A stretch of DNA of 64,000 bases from Amphiscolops sp. MND2022. Taxonomy: Eukaryota. The number at the start of each line of letters is the position of its first letter. Within the stretch, counting starts at the first letter, position 1. Below, piece after piece: positions 50,241 through 62,339 of the stretch. A program made the position numbers and the translations under genes. The DNA lies in NCBI GenBank assembly GCA_964187785.1, contig OZ076409.1:49788001-49852000 (forward strand), in the 5' to 3' direction. A model generated the notes under the pieces. It made no database searches. It had not been told where the DNA came from and saw only the letters and a list, made by a program, of their open reading frames with translations.

Positions 50241-51473
50241 GATATAACTTGGCTATAATGCAACTCGAAGTAACGTATTCAATATGATCATTTTTTGAAC
50301 TTTAATTGATCAGCACAGTGAATTAGACCATGTAAAACCAACCAATCCCCGCAGTTGTTTTGGCATTTTGCTAATCTTCTTGTAGGAATGTCTCAATGTC
50401 AAAGTTTTCTCAATGTTTTTTTTCAATATTTTGCGACCATATGGAATCGAAAAGTAGCCGAAGCTTCTACGTCAGGACTTTTTTGTGAGTGCGAGATTTT
50501 TTGGAGCTAAAGAAAAACCGGCTAATATAAAGACTTGTGCAATTCCAGCTTTGAACGCGGATGCCGACTGAGACAGTAGTCAGCTTGCTCAGTTTTATGC
50601 TAGTTAATGAGCATTTCAAAACTATAACCAACGTTATACTTGAATCAATACTCTAAATTAAACCAAATCGTAGTTTTCAACAAGTTGCAACTTTTTACTT
50701 TGAAGGCCATTTTACTCAAAATAGCAAACGTTTCAAAGATTTAGGTCAAATCTTGGGTGTGAAACAGTATCTGCGTGCTTCAAAAACACTTGAAATACCA
50801 TTGTCTTTACCTGATACAAAAAAATACTAGCTGAAAACAGAGCATCCTCTGCAAAAATCCAACATGCAATCATCAAGTGTCTTTTCTCAAATTTGTGAAT
50901 ACTCCTAAATTCTGACAATATCCAACAGATTAGTCCTTCCTACTCTATATTTATGCAAACAAAACCTGAAAATGTCCAAAGTTAAAAAAATTTTCATTGA
51001 AACAGTTCATGGGACCGAAAGTAATATCCAACAATGTGTTATAAAACTGACTGGAACAGCTTGCAGTAACAACTGCATATGTGGATTTGTTTCACAAGAC
51101 CTTGATGTGTAAGCTTGATGTGTTTGAATGGCAATTTTTGAACTCTTCATACAGTTTTGCATGAATTCGTTTTTAGAGGTGTAAAGACATCAATTTAAAA
51201 TGTTACGGTAATTTTCTGTCAAACAATCAAGGTTGGAAGCTGTTTTGAAACAAAAGATTTTATTAGTAGAATATACAAAAAATACTCCCGTGCCACTGTG
51301 CCTTTCATCTCCATATAGCTATGTAGTCAAGCATCCAACGACTTTCTCCAAAGTTACAGAAATAGTCATCAGTTGAGTCATGTGTCCAGCAGCTTTGTCA
51401 AACGTCTCATACAAGACGACCGCTGAATAGCGAGATATTTTTCGCCCCGAACTGTTCTACAAACGACATAGTT

Positions 51474-51809
51474 TTAGGCCAGGCTCAAGTGTAGCCAATT
51501 GTCGAACCCGTGCTGTTGGGTCGGCTTTGAAGGACCTTTTGAGCTGGACGGCTGAGATTCGTTATTATTCTTGCTTACGATCGCCATCATTAAGTCCTTC
51601 AGTTGACTAAACTCCTGGTGTAACTCATTAATTCGGCGTTCATAACTTTCGTTTATTTCAGATAACTGAGAAGAGATATCCGAATTGTCGTTGGTGTCAG
51701 AATCATTTGAGTTTGCCTGAGCCATGTCTGGATCTGCTGGAGAAGATGTTTCTGACGAAGAATTTATAACCCTACCACTTCTAAGTTCGGTACCTTGGTC
51801 TGGGTTCAT
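51474..51809 (-). CDS. Gag N-terminus-like ORF inside the solo LTR (103 LTR codons plus 8 flank codons)
   Basis: LRSGR motif and a coiled-coil-like ISSQLSEINESYERRINELHQEFSQLKDLMM. The frame stays open up to the LTR edge. Confidence 0.45.
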   Translation of the reverse strand: MNPDQGTELRSGRVINSSSETSSPADPDMAQANSNDSDTNDNSDISSQLSEINESYERRINELHQEFSQLKDLMMAIVSKNNNESQPSSSKGPSKPTQQHGFDNWLHLSLA

Positions 51810-52397
51810 GTAGCTGAGAGAAAAGAATTATGAGTGAAGACTGGATTATCTGAGATGCTGTTCGAAGTATTTTACTGATTTAAGTATTTATTCGATCTCA
51901 AATTCACTAATCTGAACTGAGATGTTTTAGAGATGAAGTCGTACAATCAAGTAAGTCGTTAGGTGAGAACAAGGAAATTAGTAAGGTAGCTAGGAAAGTT
52001 CATCCAATTTTCATCGCAATCATAAATGCGCCAAGGAAATTACTCAGCTTCAGTTCTATAGTTTCTGAAGATGAAATAGAGATATATTTTCAAGTAGAAT
52101 TCTGGCGTGAACTATTCAACTGGATGGTAACTTGTCGCAATTCGGTCTGAGTAATCGCTAATGGCGGTCCAAATTACAGTAGTTCACGTGTCCTTTCGGT
52201 TGGTAAGACGCTAAATCTCTTACCAACCTTCTCTCATTGGCTGTTACCAGCTGGTGTTAAAATGGTAAGTCACGTGACCGGTGTTGTGAACTGCTGCAAA
52301 GTGGCCACGCATCATGGTACATCTACATATGTTAATGGTGTTTAGTCATCAATTTACAATGTCGCAATTGCCTGCACGCAGCATCATGGTTTCTACA
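51500..52397 (-). mobile_element. Solo LTR (898 bp) of a second family
   Basis: Minus strand TGTAGAAACC...GGTTCGACA has TG...CA ends and short terminal inverted repeats. Flanks CCAAT/GCAAC match only 3/5 as a TSD. Confidence 0.6.
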
Positions 52398-52469
52398 GCA
52401 ACTAAAATGAGCTCAAATCATTCAATAACGCACTAATTTCAAGTCAATTTAAGATAAAGCACAACTCGG

Positions 52470-53367
52470 GATGGGAAAACGATGTTTTTCCGCTGATTCT
52501 AGCGCCAAAACCAATGATTTAAAAATTGAAGATGGAAATGCGATGAACTTGTAAGAATATTTGTTGATTTTCAAGTCTAGTTTAGCTCTGGATGAAAATG
52601 CGATGAATGGTGGTCTTTCTCGCTCGAAAATCAACACAATTTAAACTGACGATGATAAAAGGATGAACTCCACGTATAATTTGCCAATTTCCAGCACAGA
52701 TTAAAATGACGATGAATTCGGGATGAATTCAGTCGATAAACGCTAATTCTAGCACAAGTGAATTTTTGGCGATGGGTTTAAGATGAACTTGTCAGTTAAA
52801 ACAGCAAATACCAAAGCAATACAAATTGGCGATGAGTTTAGGATGAACTCACCAGTTAAAACACCGAATACTAAAGCAATTCAATTTAGCGATGAGTTTA
52901 GGATGAACTCATCCACTAAAATGGTTAATTTTCAGCACAAACGAAATCAAGATGAATTAAGGATGGGTTTACTAAACAAAATCAGATAACCAGCACATTC
53001 ACTCTTTTTTAGGATGGATTAAGGATGTACTTTCTCATTTTTCTTCTATGCTAGTGAATACGATGAATAAAGAATGGGTTACTGTCCTTTAAGAAATGAG
53101 AAGCACATTGAAATTTCTTTACATGAAACACAACGATGAATTTAAGATGAAATTACTAAAATAAGGTCCCATAAAATCCGCTGATGGATTAGTGATGAAA
53201 AGTCAGTTTAACGTCCCAATCGTTGTTCATATGCAATTCTGGAGATGAAATTGCGATGAACTTCATTCAAAATAGCTCCAAATTAAATCCGCTGATGGAT
53301 CTAATGAATTTATCAATCAATTCGGGTTCATCGTTAAGTCCGCTGATGGACTAGCGATGAACTTCAT
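52470..53367. repeat. Array of GATG-N7-GATG motifs with a 60-bp period
   Basis: Motif starts at 52470, 52531, 52591, 52651, 52711, 52771, 52831, 52891, 52951 and 53013, then irregularly at 53062, 53135, 53183, 53244, 53294 and 53345. Confidence 0.85.
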
Positions 53368-55162
53368 GAAAGTGTTGTCACGACTACAAGTCCTGAGGCG
53401 GGGAGCTAGTAGAAGTTACAGCTTTCATCGTTTCTACATCTCTCGGTCCAGTTTGACCGGAACACTTCTCTCCCTTGTCGTGACAAACCAATATTTATGA
53501 ATTATAGCACATTCGAGACTATTTGGCAAGATCATTTATGCGGACACCGGAACTAGAGCGCTCAGTATTAAGTAAATATATATAACTCAAACTCATGGGG
53601 AATGGGGACTAAGTATAAGTAACGTAGGGTTGCTCACAACCATGGTCCTTATTATATGACATCATATTGCCCATATCTAAGTACATAAGACATAATATTT
53701 ACATTACAGATATTTAGTAGATTATATTTCCATCATGCTGGCATGACACCAATGCACTACGAAAATGCAAAGTTTGAAAATATGAAAATTTTGACACATT
53801 TTGATCCATCTTGTCATGTTTTAAAAAGACATAATTCAAAGAATTTCGAAGAATTGAAAGATTTGATTCATCTAACTCCTTTTTTGAAGGATGCACCTAA
53901 TTTATAAACAAGCTAAGTACCGAAATGTTTTGTTGTTGAACAATGTGGATGCCAGTACATATCTTACCGAGTTTTTAGACTTGTTGGTTTGGTGCAATTT
54001 TCCAACAAAAAACTGCAGATATTTATTAGGATTCTAATCCACGAACTTTTTAAAGCATTCACAAAGATTTGAATTTTAGGCTTTTTTGACTAATTTGGGG
54101 TCATTTTGAGACACTTCTCTTACAAGAAACTGCAATTTTTGCAAAAAGCCTGCTTGATACTGCGTTCGTTCATTGTCAAATGTTTCTTTTCAGAAAACTA
54201 AACCACATAATGTTTTAAAAATTATACAAAATAAAACCCACAAAAGTTTTTGGTCAATGTGAAAATTTGTACTGTCTAAAAAACGGACAATTTTTCCTTG
54301 GCGTTCTGTCAAGCTAATTGTTTGGTTTGGAGTTGTTCGAACCTTTCAGTTTTAAAAGTTTCTCCAATAATTCAGAAAAAATCACTAAAATTGGAGTTTT
54401 TTTCGGTCAGTTTGAGTCATTTTCTGACAGCTGTCTGCAGATATGTCTTCAAAAACATCAAGAGCCTACTGGCTAACGAATGCATTTGTTGCTGAACGTT
54501 CTCACCATTCTATCCACAACGTTTCAAAAATTTTACGATAATTGCAGAAAAACGTTGAAAAAGTGCTTGTTTCGAGTTTTGACTCATTTGAGTTAGATAA
54601 GTGTTTTGTAAGGAAAAAACTGCAACTTCTGATTCAAAAAGACTACTACATTGCTTGTTGTTTCGCTTTTGAACCCCCTAACCCAATAAATCCTCACGAA
54701 ATTGAACACAAATTGCAATAAAAATTTTTTGATTTCTCGTCATTTTTTGGCTACTTTCCTTGACAAAATTGTTTTTATCTCTTAACAAAAGCCTACTGGA
54801 CTACGAATTGTTTCCTCGTTGAACGTTTTCAACATTTTAATCCACGAACTCTATCGAAAATTTGACAAAATTGAATAAAAATTCCGATGCCCAAAGAAGT
54901 TCAAAAATCAGAAACACACATCGCACAAAACTAATTTTATGTCAATTTAATTCTATGGGTGACATCTTCCACTTTGGATATAAATTTGGAACATGGCAAA
55001 TTTAGGGAAAAAACGCGGCTGATTTAATTATTTTCCTCTTCAATATGAAATATGGACGTAAAATATTAAATGTGAAGCTAATATGGAGGATTGCAAAGCA
55101 ATGAGTTTTTCAGATCTATGCTTTCAACAGTCAGGTAGATTTTTAAAACTAGTAACGACAAC

Positions 55163-55866
55163 ATGAACAAAGGTAACAACACATCAGCCCAAAGGATAAA
55201 CAAGAGTTCAAGAAGTGGTTTTTTAAATGGATCAGGTAACATGGCCCACTCCAGTGATTTTCTTGAAACTCCGGACATTTTCATCTCTGAATCTTCAATC
55301 GATGGAAGTAGTTCTTCCGGCAATTACTTTAATGGTGGTACTGACTACAGCCATTTGTCTGATTCAAACTCATCCGTTGTCAATTCACAGACATCCAATG
55401 CGGATTATCAGCTTTACCGAAATGATTCAGGACCTTGTAAATACTATGCAAAGTGGTCAGAAGGTACCAACGGCTTCAATTCAAACACTTCTTCCGACGT
55501 GGAAGAAGGCTTCTATCTAAGTGATATTAATTCCAATACCTACTATAGCAAATGGTCGGACGGAACGAACGATAACAGTGTGGATTCCGAAACTTCTATT
55601 GCTAACAATTATTTTCTGGAGAAAGATTTCAGCGATAATTCCCACTCAAACAATTTCGAAGGTTTCTGTGAAGCGAACGATCAATCGCCGAGAAACCATG
55701 TAAACACTGATGCTCAATGCAACTTGCGGTCAAATGATATTTATGCAGTGAACTCACAAACCCCAGGTGGGAATCTTTCGTCCTTGTCTGATCAGCACGA
55801 GGAACATCTTGATTTAATTCATTCAGCTGATGTAACTCCTCCGAATGAAACCCGGGAACCAGAAAA
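55163..55866 (+). CDS. Exon of an unrecognised Ser/Asn/Asp-rich protein
   Basis: 235-codon open frame in AT-rich DNA ending at a consensus donor AA|GTAAGT (phase 2). Confidence 0.6.
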
Positions 55867-55884
55867 GTAAGTCAAACACGGGCT

Positions 55885-56752
55885 CGGTTTAATTGAGAGA
55901 GAAAAAAATGTTACACGAAAAACGATGTAAAACGCTAGTTGTAGAAAATACAAATCTTGCAATAGAAAAAATCTGGCACAAGAAAAAATCTGGCAATGAC
56001 TTGCAAGACAATGCATTTTTCTGGCATGTTTCTTCAAGATTCTTGCAAGATATACCTCATTTCGCAAGATTCTTGTAAGATGAAACTTTAGCTTGCAAGA
56101 TTCTTGCAAGACAAACATTTCTCTTGGAAGATTCTTGCAAGATATGGCAATTTCTAGAATGTTGTGTTCAGCATGTTCCAAAAAGTCCTCGTAGCATGCT
56201 TCAGCCTCGCACCTTTGAAGTTCTAGTTTGACAGGAAGAAAGACAACCGATGGCAATTTTTTGGAAGGTCGAACGAAAAAGCGTGTCTTCAGAGCTAATT
56301 TGGGTTTGACTTACTCCATTTTTGTGGCACTTTACTTTGGCACGAAAAGTGTGCCGATCAAAAAGAACTGGAGAAAAAACTAGTCAATGGAAGAGCCGTG
56401 CTTTTTCCCTGGAAAGGATGACTCTATTAAAACTTACTTGGTAACTGTAACTTCTGGGTTTTTTTGCTCCTAAAGCGCCATTTATCTAAGAAAGGAAACC
56501 TTCACCTGTGATTGTGTCTGTTTTTCTCTCTCTAGAAGCGAAAAAACCTCTCCGGTCACCCTTGTTGGCCATTTTTAGTGATTTTCTTGACAAAAATGTT
56601 TGCTATTGGTTTGATGTATTTCTTGCAAGAAATATTTTTTCTGTCAGGTTCTTGCAAGAAATGTATTTTGTGCCAGAATCTTGCAAGATTTGTATTTTTT
56701 GTCAAGATCTTGCAAGAATCTTGCAAGAATTGTATTTATTTTTAACCAGGGA
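55885..56752. mobile_element. MITE-like element with arrays of the palindrome TCTTGCAAGA in both arms
   Basis: Repeated CTTGCAAGA at ~55935-56145 and ~56620-56730. Right end TTTTTAACCAGGG; left end degenerate. Confidence 0.5.
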
Positions 56753-58102
56753 AGTTAAATATTAACTTTCCTAGAAGTCAGCCGAAAAATTAATACTACT
56801 AATTTTCCGAATCACATATTCCACCAATTATTATATGTAATAATTTGTGTAATAGGTGACTTGGCGGGTTATTAGAGCGAATTCTGCTGAATTTTATGAT
56901 AGTTAATATCTACACTGCATATCGTTTTTTGTATATTAATTTTCCCACTAAATTAAAGCGAGTCTTGGATTAAACTAAAGTAAGTTCCGTATGAAGCACG
57001 GATTCCAAGAAACGTATGAACCATTCATTTGACATAATTCTTGTGATCTGTACTACATACTGAACCTTCAACCTTCTTGGCTGGTTGGAAAAATATGGAC
57101 TCTCTGCGGTTTTGAAATTGAACGTGCCACTTACAAATTCTGGACGGCTTAGATATACACCTCTTCGTGATGTTGCGACGAAGTGCTTCCAAAGACGAGA
57201 GAGTAGCTTAAGACTGCTAATGGTTTATCTGTTGTTACCACTAGTTTTTATGGGTTAACTAAAAAGCTCATACGTAAAAAGCCATCGAGTTGACCTTAAA
57301 TAGCCCGCAGTTGACTTTTCATATTAAAATGCAACAAACAGTTGAATAAGAAAAACATTTTTTAATGAAAATTGCCAAACAGTATCAGCAGTTATGATTG
57401 ACTTTGTCACTAGCAAAAAAAACTATGCCAAAGTTTCAATGTATATCGTTGTCTTAGGCTTGGTGTTAATGATGAAATTTTCATCTCCATCCCGTGTTGC
57501 TCGTGAAAACTTGTGGTATAACTAGGAAGCTCATTGAAATGAACGATCATCTTTTCCAGGAAAGTTCGCTCCCAACTCGGAACATCAAATACCTAATTTT
57601 TCTGGAAAATGTCCTGAACTTATTGCTTTCCGGAAAAAGTCTTCGGGACTCGAAGCCACGAACTCCTTCTTCTCAGGCCCTATCACCAGGAGTGGAAGTA
57701 TGAGTTGATCGATAGACCAAAAAGCCAAGTAAAGTTTATGAAAATTAATGAAAGTGAACGTTTCATAGTTACTGGCGAAAAAAAATTTGCCACTGTGAAA
57801 CTTGCAATTTTTACGAAGAAAAAGCACGACTGCGAAAATGCATGGTTGCTGAAGTCAAAATTCAGTCCTTCCGTTTCTTATATCAAAATCTACTCTCTTT
57901 TTTGGTTAGTCCTACAGACATCCTCCAATCAGTTTTAGTGGAGTTAATCTTGCTGAACGCTTGATGGAATCAATTAACATCTACACCTAGCTCTTGATTT
58001 TTTCGATAAAATCTGTCAAGGCTTGCCTTCTCTTGCAAGGTTTTCCTTTCTTCTGAGAAAATCTGCAATAAAGACTTCCTCTCAAAGAGCTTGAATGTTC
58101 AG

Positions 58103-58363
58103 ATTGGATGAAGGACTGGTCCTCAGTCTTGGGGTCGACGTTGAGTCATTAGACCAGCATTTTGAGAACTTCGGGTCGAGCTCGGAGAGTTTTTCCGATC
58201 ATTTGCCTGACGAGAACTTCAGTTCGTTTTGTTCTTCACATTCGTTGGAGGTGGTTTCGGAAGAAGAAAGCAAAAACGAAAACAACTTAGAACGAACAGA
58301 ACACACAACTGCGTCAGAAAATGACGAAGAAGGCTTTTCAGTAGACAATGCATCGAAAGACAG
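58103..58363 (+). CDS. Probable next exon of the same acidic protein
   Basis: TTCAG|A acceptor in phase 2 joins 55866 in frame (AA|A = Lys). LDEGLVLSLGVDVESLDQHFENF...SKD. Donor AG|GTGAGA. Confidence 0.55.
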
Positions 58364-58949
58364 GTGAGAAAACCAAATAAAATGAATAACTGAAATTTCG
58401 GGCCGAAGTGACCTAGTTGGTTTTTTTTAAATTCCTATCACGAAAATTTTCCTATTTTTGCAGCCGTGATAAATATCGCTTTTTGAAATGCAATTTGCGA
58501 GTTATTGAGTATACTGTGACTTGTATGTTGAACAAAAAGTGCGGGCCCAGAAAGTTGAGCTAGGACTCACGAAAAAGGAAATTTTTCCCAGGGAGTAACA
58601 TATCTTTTTTTCATCAAAATGCCTGAACACAAAACTTTAATAGTTTAAATAGACAAAACTTTGGTTTCCATTGACAACAAATGGTGGTCCAAAACTGGCA
58701 ATAAATGGAAAAACACCAATAGTACATACACTCATATCTCTTCAAGAAAAACTGATCGAAACTTTTTGACTTGTAGATTGAAACCCATGAATCAGTTTTA
58801 GTGTTTTAGTTCATTACGGAGAGCTGAGTTATCTCTCGTATTCCAGACAAGCTAATATCGGTTGGTTAAGTAAAAATAAAAGTTTGAAGAAAGAAAACGT
58901 TCGGAAAGCTTCCGTTAGATGAAATGTAGCGAATTCAAGTTCCTTGATC

Positions 58950-59950
58950 GTATGCAAATGCAATTCGCCTAATCGTTTTTCTCAATAGTTCAACTGAAAT
59001 TTTCTCAAAGATTGAATTGTAAGTCAAAGTTCGTTTGCAAAGTTTGTATGCAAACATTGCGGATTGTTTTGACAGTTGCATATAATAATGTATTCTTTTA
59101 TGAAGTAGTTGAAAGTGGAAAATACGAATGTAGCATAGATTTTTAAAATGTATTCAGTAGTTTTTTGTTTTGTCAACCTCCGAAAATGGAATGCTGTTTT
59201 TTAGGTCTTTTGCCAAGCCGTTGTTGCTGAATGACTATCTGGGATGGCTTGGCATTGGTGTAACAGGAAATATTTGGCACAACAGGTAGTGTTTCAGGAC
59301 CTTTAAAGTTTAATCTCCATGTGAATGATTTAAAAGACATTATTGACTGCAACTCCCGATTAGTTTAGTATGCAGATGATGGTTTAGTCTTTTCTACTGG
59401 CACTGAATCGTCTAAAACTTTGATTATTCTACAACAAAATATTGCAAAGATCGAAAATTCCTTGAGCACCCATCAGCTTAACCAGAATGAAATACGAGCA
59501 AAACTGAATTTATCACTTTTCGCATAAAACTGACAAACGTGGCGCCGAGTCGCAGATAGTCGCCATTGCCAGAAAATGGCAATGGGAACCAAAACATTTG
59601 ATTCTATTAAGAACCAACGTCCAACAAGAACACTGGTCATGATTCTTCAGCCTATAGTTTTGAGTCATTTGAGCTATCCCGCACAATCACTTCCTTCTAT
59701 ATCTACAGCTTCTTTAATTCACTTGAAAAGCAGCCCAACTGGGCTTTGAAATCTGTTTTCCATCGCAATCAACAAACGTGCTCGGAGGATATTCGAAAGT
59801 CTAAACATGTGATCAGCATGAAGAACTTGGTTGATTTGAGATGCCTAACATACTTTTTTCAACTTCTTAAGCTCGAAAGGCCTGCCTACCAAGATACTAG
59901 TTTACCGACATCCGACTTTCGTTTTAACGATACAACGTCAAAAATAATTT
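58950..59950 (+). mobile_element. Heavily decayed LINE reverse transcriptase remnant
   Basis: YADD at 59369-59380, preceded by Q-x-S...GPL..N...NDL-like remnants. Confidence 0.55.
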
Positions 59951-61349
59951 AGTATCAGTCCTTATACAGTGCGGTTATCTTGTTTACTAATTAGGTCATT
60001 CATCTTTCGAAAAAATTTTTTGTAAATTTATTACTGTCCTTGGTTTTTATAACTATTTCTGATTCTTTTGAATATAGCGTTTTTTTCTCTCTCTCTTGTA
60101 TTTTTTTCAAATATATGTCGTGAATCAACAAATGAACTATGTTCTCAATGGAATACATTAAGAACAAATTGATCAGTAGACAGAGTTTTTAGGAGTACAT
60201 AAACCTAGTGTGGAAGTTGTTTAATACTAGACTAGACCAAGTTAGCATTTCATGATGAAAATGTGATGAAAATGAGCATTTCATGATGATTAATTCGGAT
60301 AAGACTGGCTGCCAGTCGTGTGATGTTGTTGAGTCATTGGACCAGTACTTCGAGAACTTCGGATCAACCTGAGAGAAGTTTTACGATCAATTGCCTGACG
60401 TGAACTTCCATTCTTTTTTTGGATTTTTTTTTGTTTTTTGGGACAGGTTTGTTTACACTGGTTTGAGTTCCTAAGACAAACATGAACATAGGAAGAAGCG
60501 TAAATGTGCCAGACAAAGATGAAATTCATGGAAAAATCAGATTAGGGTTGTTAAAATTTTCAAAGATAAAACCGCTCTAAAAATTGTTACAAGCTGAGGA
60601 CCTAAAACTGTTCTAAGATAGGCTGGGAACGAATTTAGGAAATTTTCTAAGAAACGTGAGTTTTTTCGAAGATAAAATACAGACAATGGCGATTAAACTA
60701 AGATGAGAGATTTAGTGTGGCTTTTATGTGACGAATAAGTGAAACTTAGGTGAGTAGATCGAGAAGAAAAAACTTGCTGATGACCTGTTGAGTATAATAT
60801 ATTTATATATATCGCCATTAACTGGTTATTATATATATAATAAAATGTGTACAAAAAAGACAAAATCTGGGATAAAATTGTCACAAGGTTGTTATACATT
60901 ATCAACAGAAAAGGCATTTATACCAATGATTGACAGGATCTTTACGACATAAAAGAAACTATGGTGCTATATAGAGTATGAATGTTTGACATGAACGAGT
61001 CAATATTTACAAAAGGGCATATGATTAGCTGTCCTTTATGTACAACACTTTGAATACGCAGCAGTTTAGAAGGCTAAAAATTCAATATAATCATTTAACG
61101 AGCAATAGTAATGAACAAAGGGCAACCAAAGTGATCATTTTAGTGAACTTTAGTTGCTCCTTTGCATGGGATGTGACTTTGGACACTGACACCAGACGGC
61201 ATGATTGACGAGCCATGAGCTACCGTTTACCAGTGACCATACCAGGTTCACGTCGTTTACATTGGTTGTAAAGATGATTTATTTGTGATAGATTTCTTTG
61301 CGATCAACCAGAGAGGTGATTTCTGGTGATTTTTAGTAAAGATGGGCAA

Positions 61350-62000
61350 CTTGAAAAATAAATATAGATTTTGCACATGTTCGAACCTCTGCAGTTGGAT
61401 TGCGCTGCACAGATTTAACCAATTGGGCGGTTGAAATTGGACATTTTTATTCTATTCGAATATGTGATGTTTGTGTGGTATAATTCATGTGAGTTGTACA
61501 AAGATTTCGGTTTCTGAAAAAGTGGTCAGAATTGGGAAAAACTAAGTGAGGAGTGCTCAGTGGGTCCAATGCAACAATTAGAACACCATTTTGTTAGGGG
61601 TAAAAATGACTTCTCACATTTTTTCGAATTTTTACCTCAAAATTTCCGTGTAAAAATTGTGAACGTGTAAAAATTGTGAAAAATAGAATTGGTTTTTGGG
61701 CAGGTTCGAACCTCGGCAGTTTTCCAATCGAATGTGTGATGTTCATATTGCGTAATGCCCGTAAAATGGACGAAATTCGCATTCTTTAAATATGTCAGAA
61801 CTATGTAAATCCATTTTGGGAGTGCTCAGTGGGTCTTGTGGATGAATTAAAACCCCATTTTGTGGGTAAAAAATGTTTTTCATCAAATTTAGTTTTTACC
61901 TCAAACTTTTTGCGAGAAAAATTGAAAAATTATATTGGAATTTGTGCAGGTTCGAACTTTTGCAGTTGAATTATGCGATAAAGGTTCAACTAATATTCCG
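61350..62000. repeat. Degenerate ~270-320-bp tandem repeat with B-box-like GTTCGAAC
   Basis: GTTCGAAC(C/T)T..GCAGTT at ~61379, ~61704 and ~61950. GAGTGCTCAGTGGGTC at 61551 and 61820. Confidence 0.55.
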
Positions 62001-62339
62001 TTCCAAGTAGACCGTTGGAATTGAACTGTTTCTTCAGATTATCAATGAACAGATATGAGTGAAAAAAACCTTTGATCTACTGTGGGAGTCTAACTAGTGG
62101 TAAAAATGGGACGAGTTGGTTTAACCTTGCTTGGTGCAAAAGTTGGAATATTTTGGGTTTTAAAAGTGCGCATTATATGTGGATTTTACAATCCTCGTAG
62201 ATTAGTTGGTGTAGTGGCAAATGAATTCAATTTCCAAAGGGTCGGGGCTCGAGTCACATCATGGCATTAAGGATGGAAAATCTGTTGTCTCGATAGTGCA
62301 GGTTGTGTGGTAGTGGAATTTTGTGAATTGGCCTTACAG

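Noticed and set aside
52470..53367. CRISPR array
   Set aside because: Repeats are too degenerate, neighbouring spacers resemble each other (e.g. after 52771 and 52831), there are no cas genes and the context is eukaryotic.
53178..53367. Hammerhead ribozyme cores at the CCGCTGATGG repeats
   Set aside because: The core needs CUGANGA. These read CUGAUGG and lack correctly placed GAAA and stems.
55819..56765. ORFs 55819-56256 and 56508-56765
   Set aside because: Translations of the TCTTGCAAGA repeat arms (LQES/LARIL repeats).
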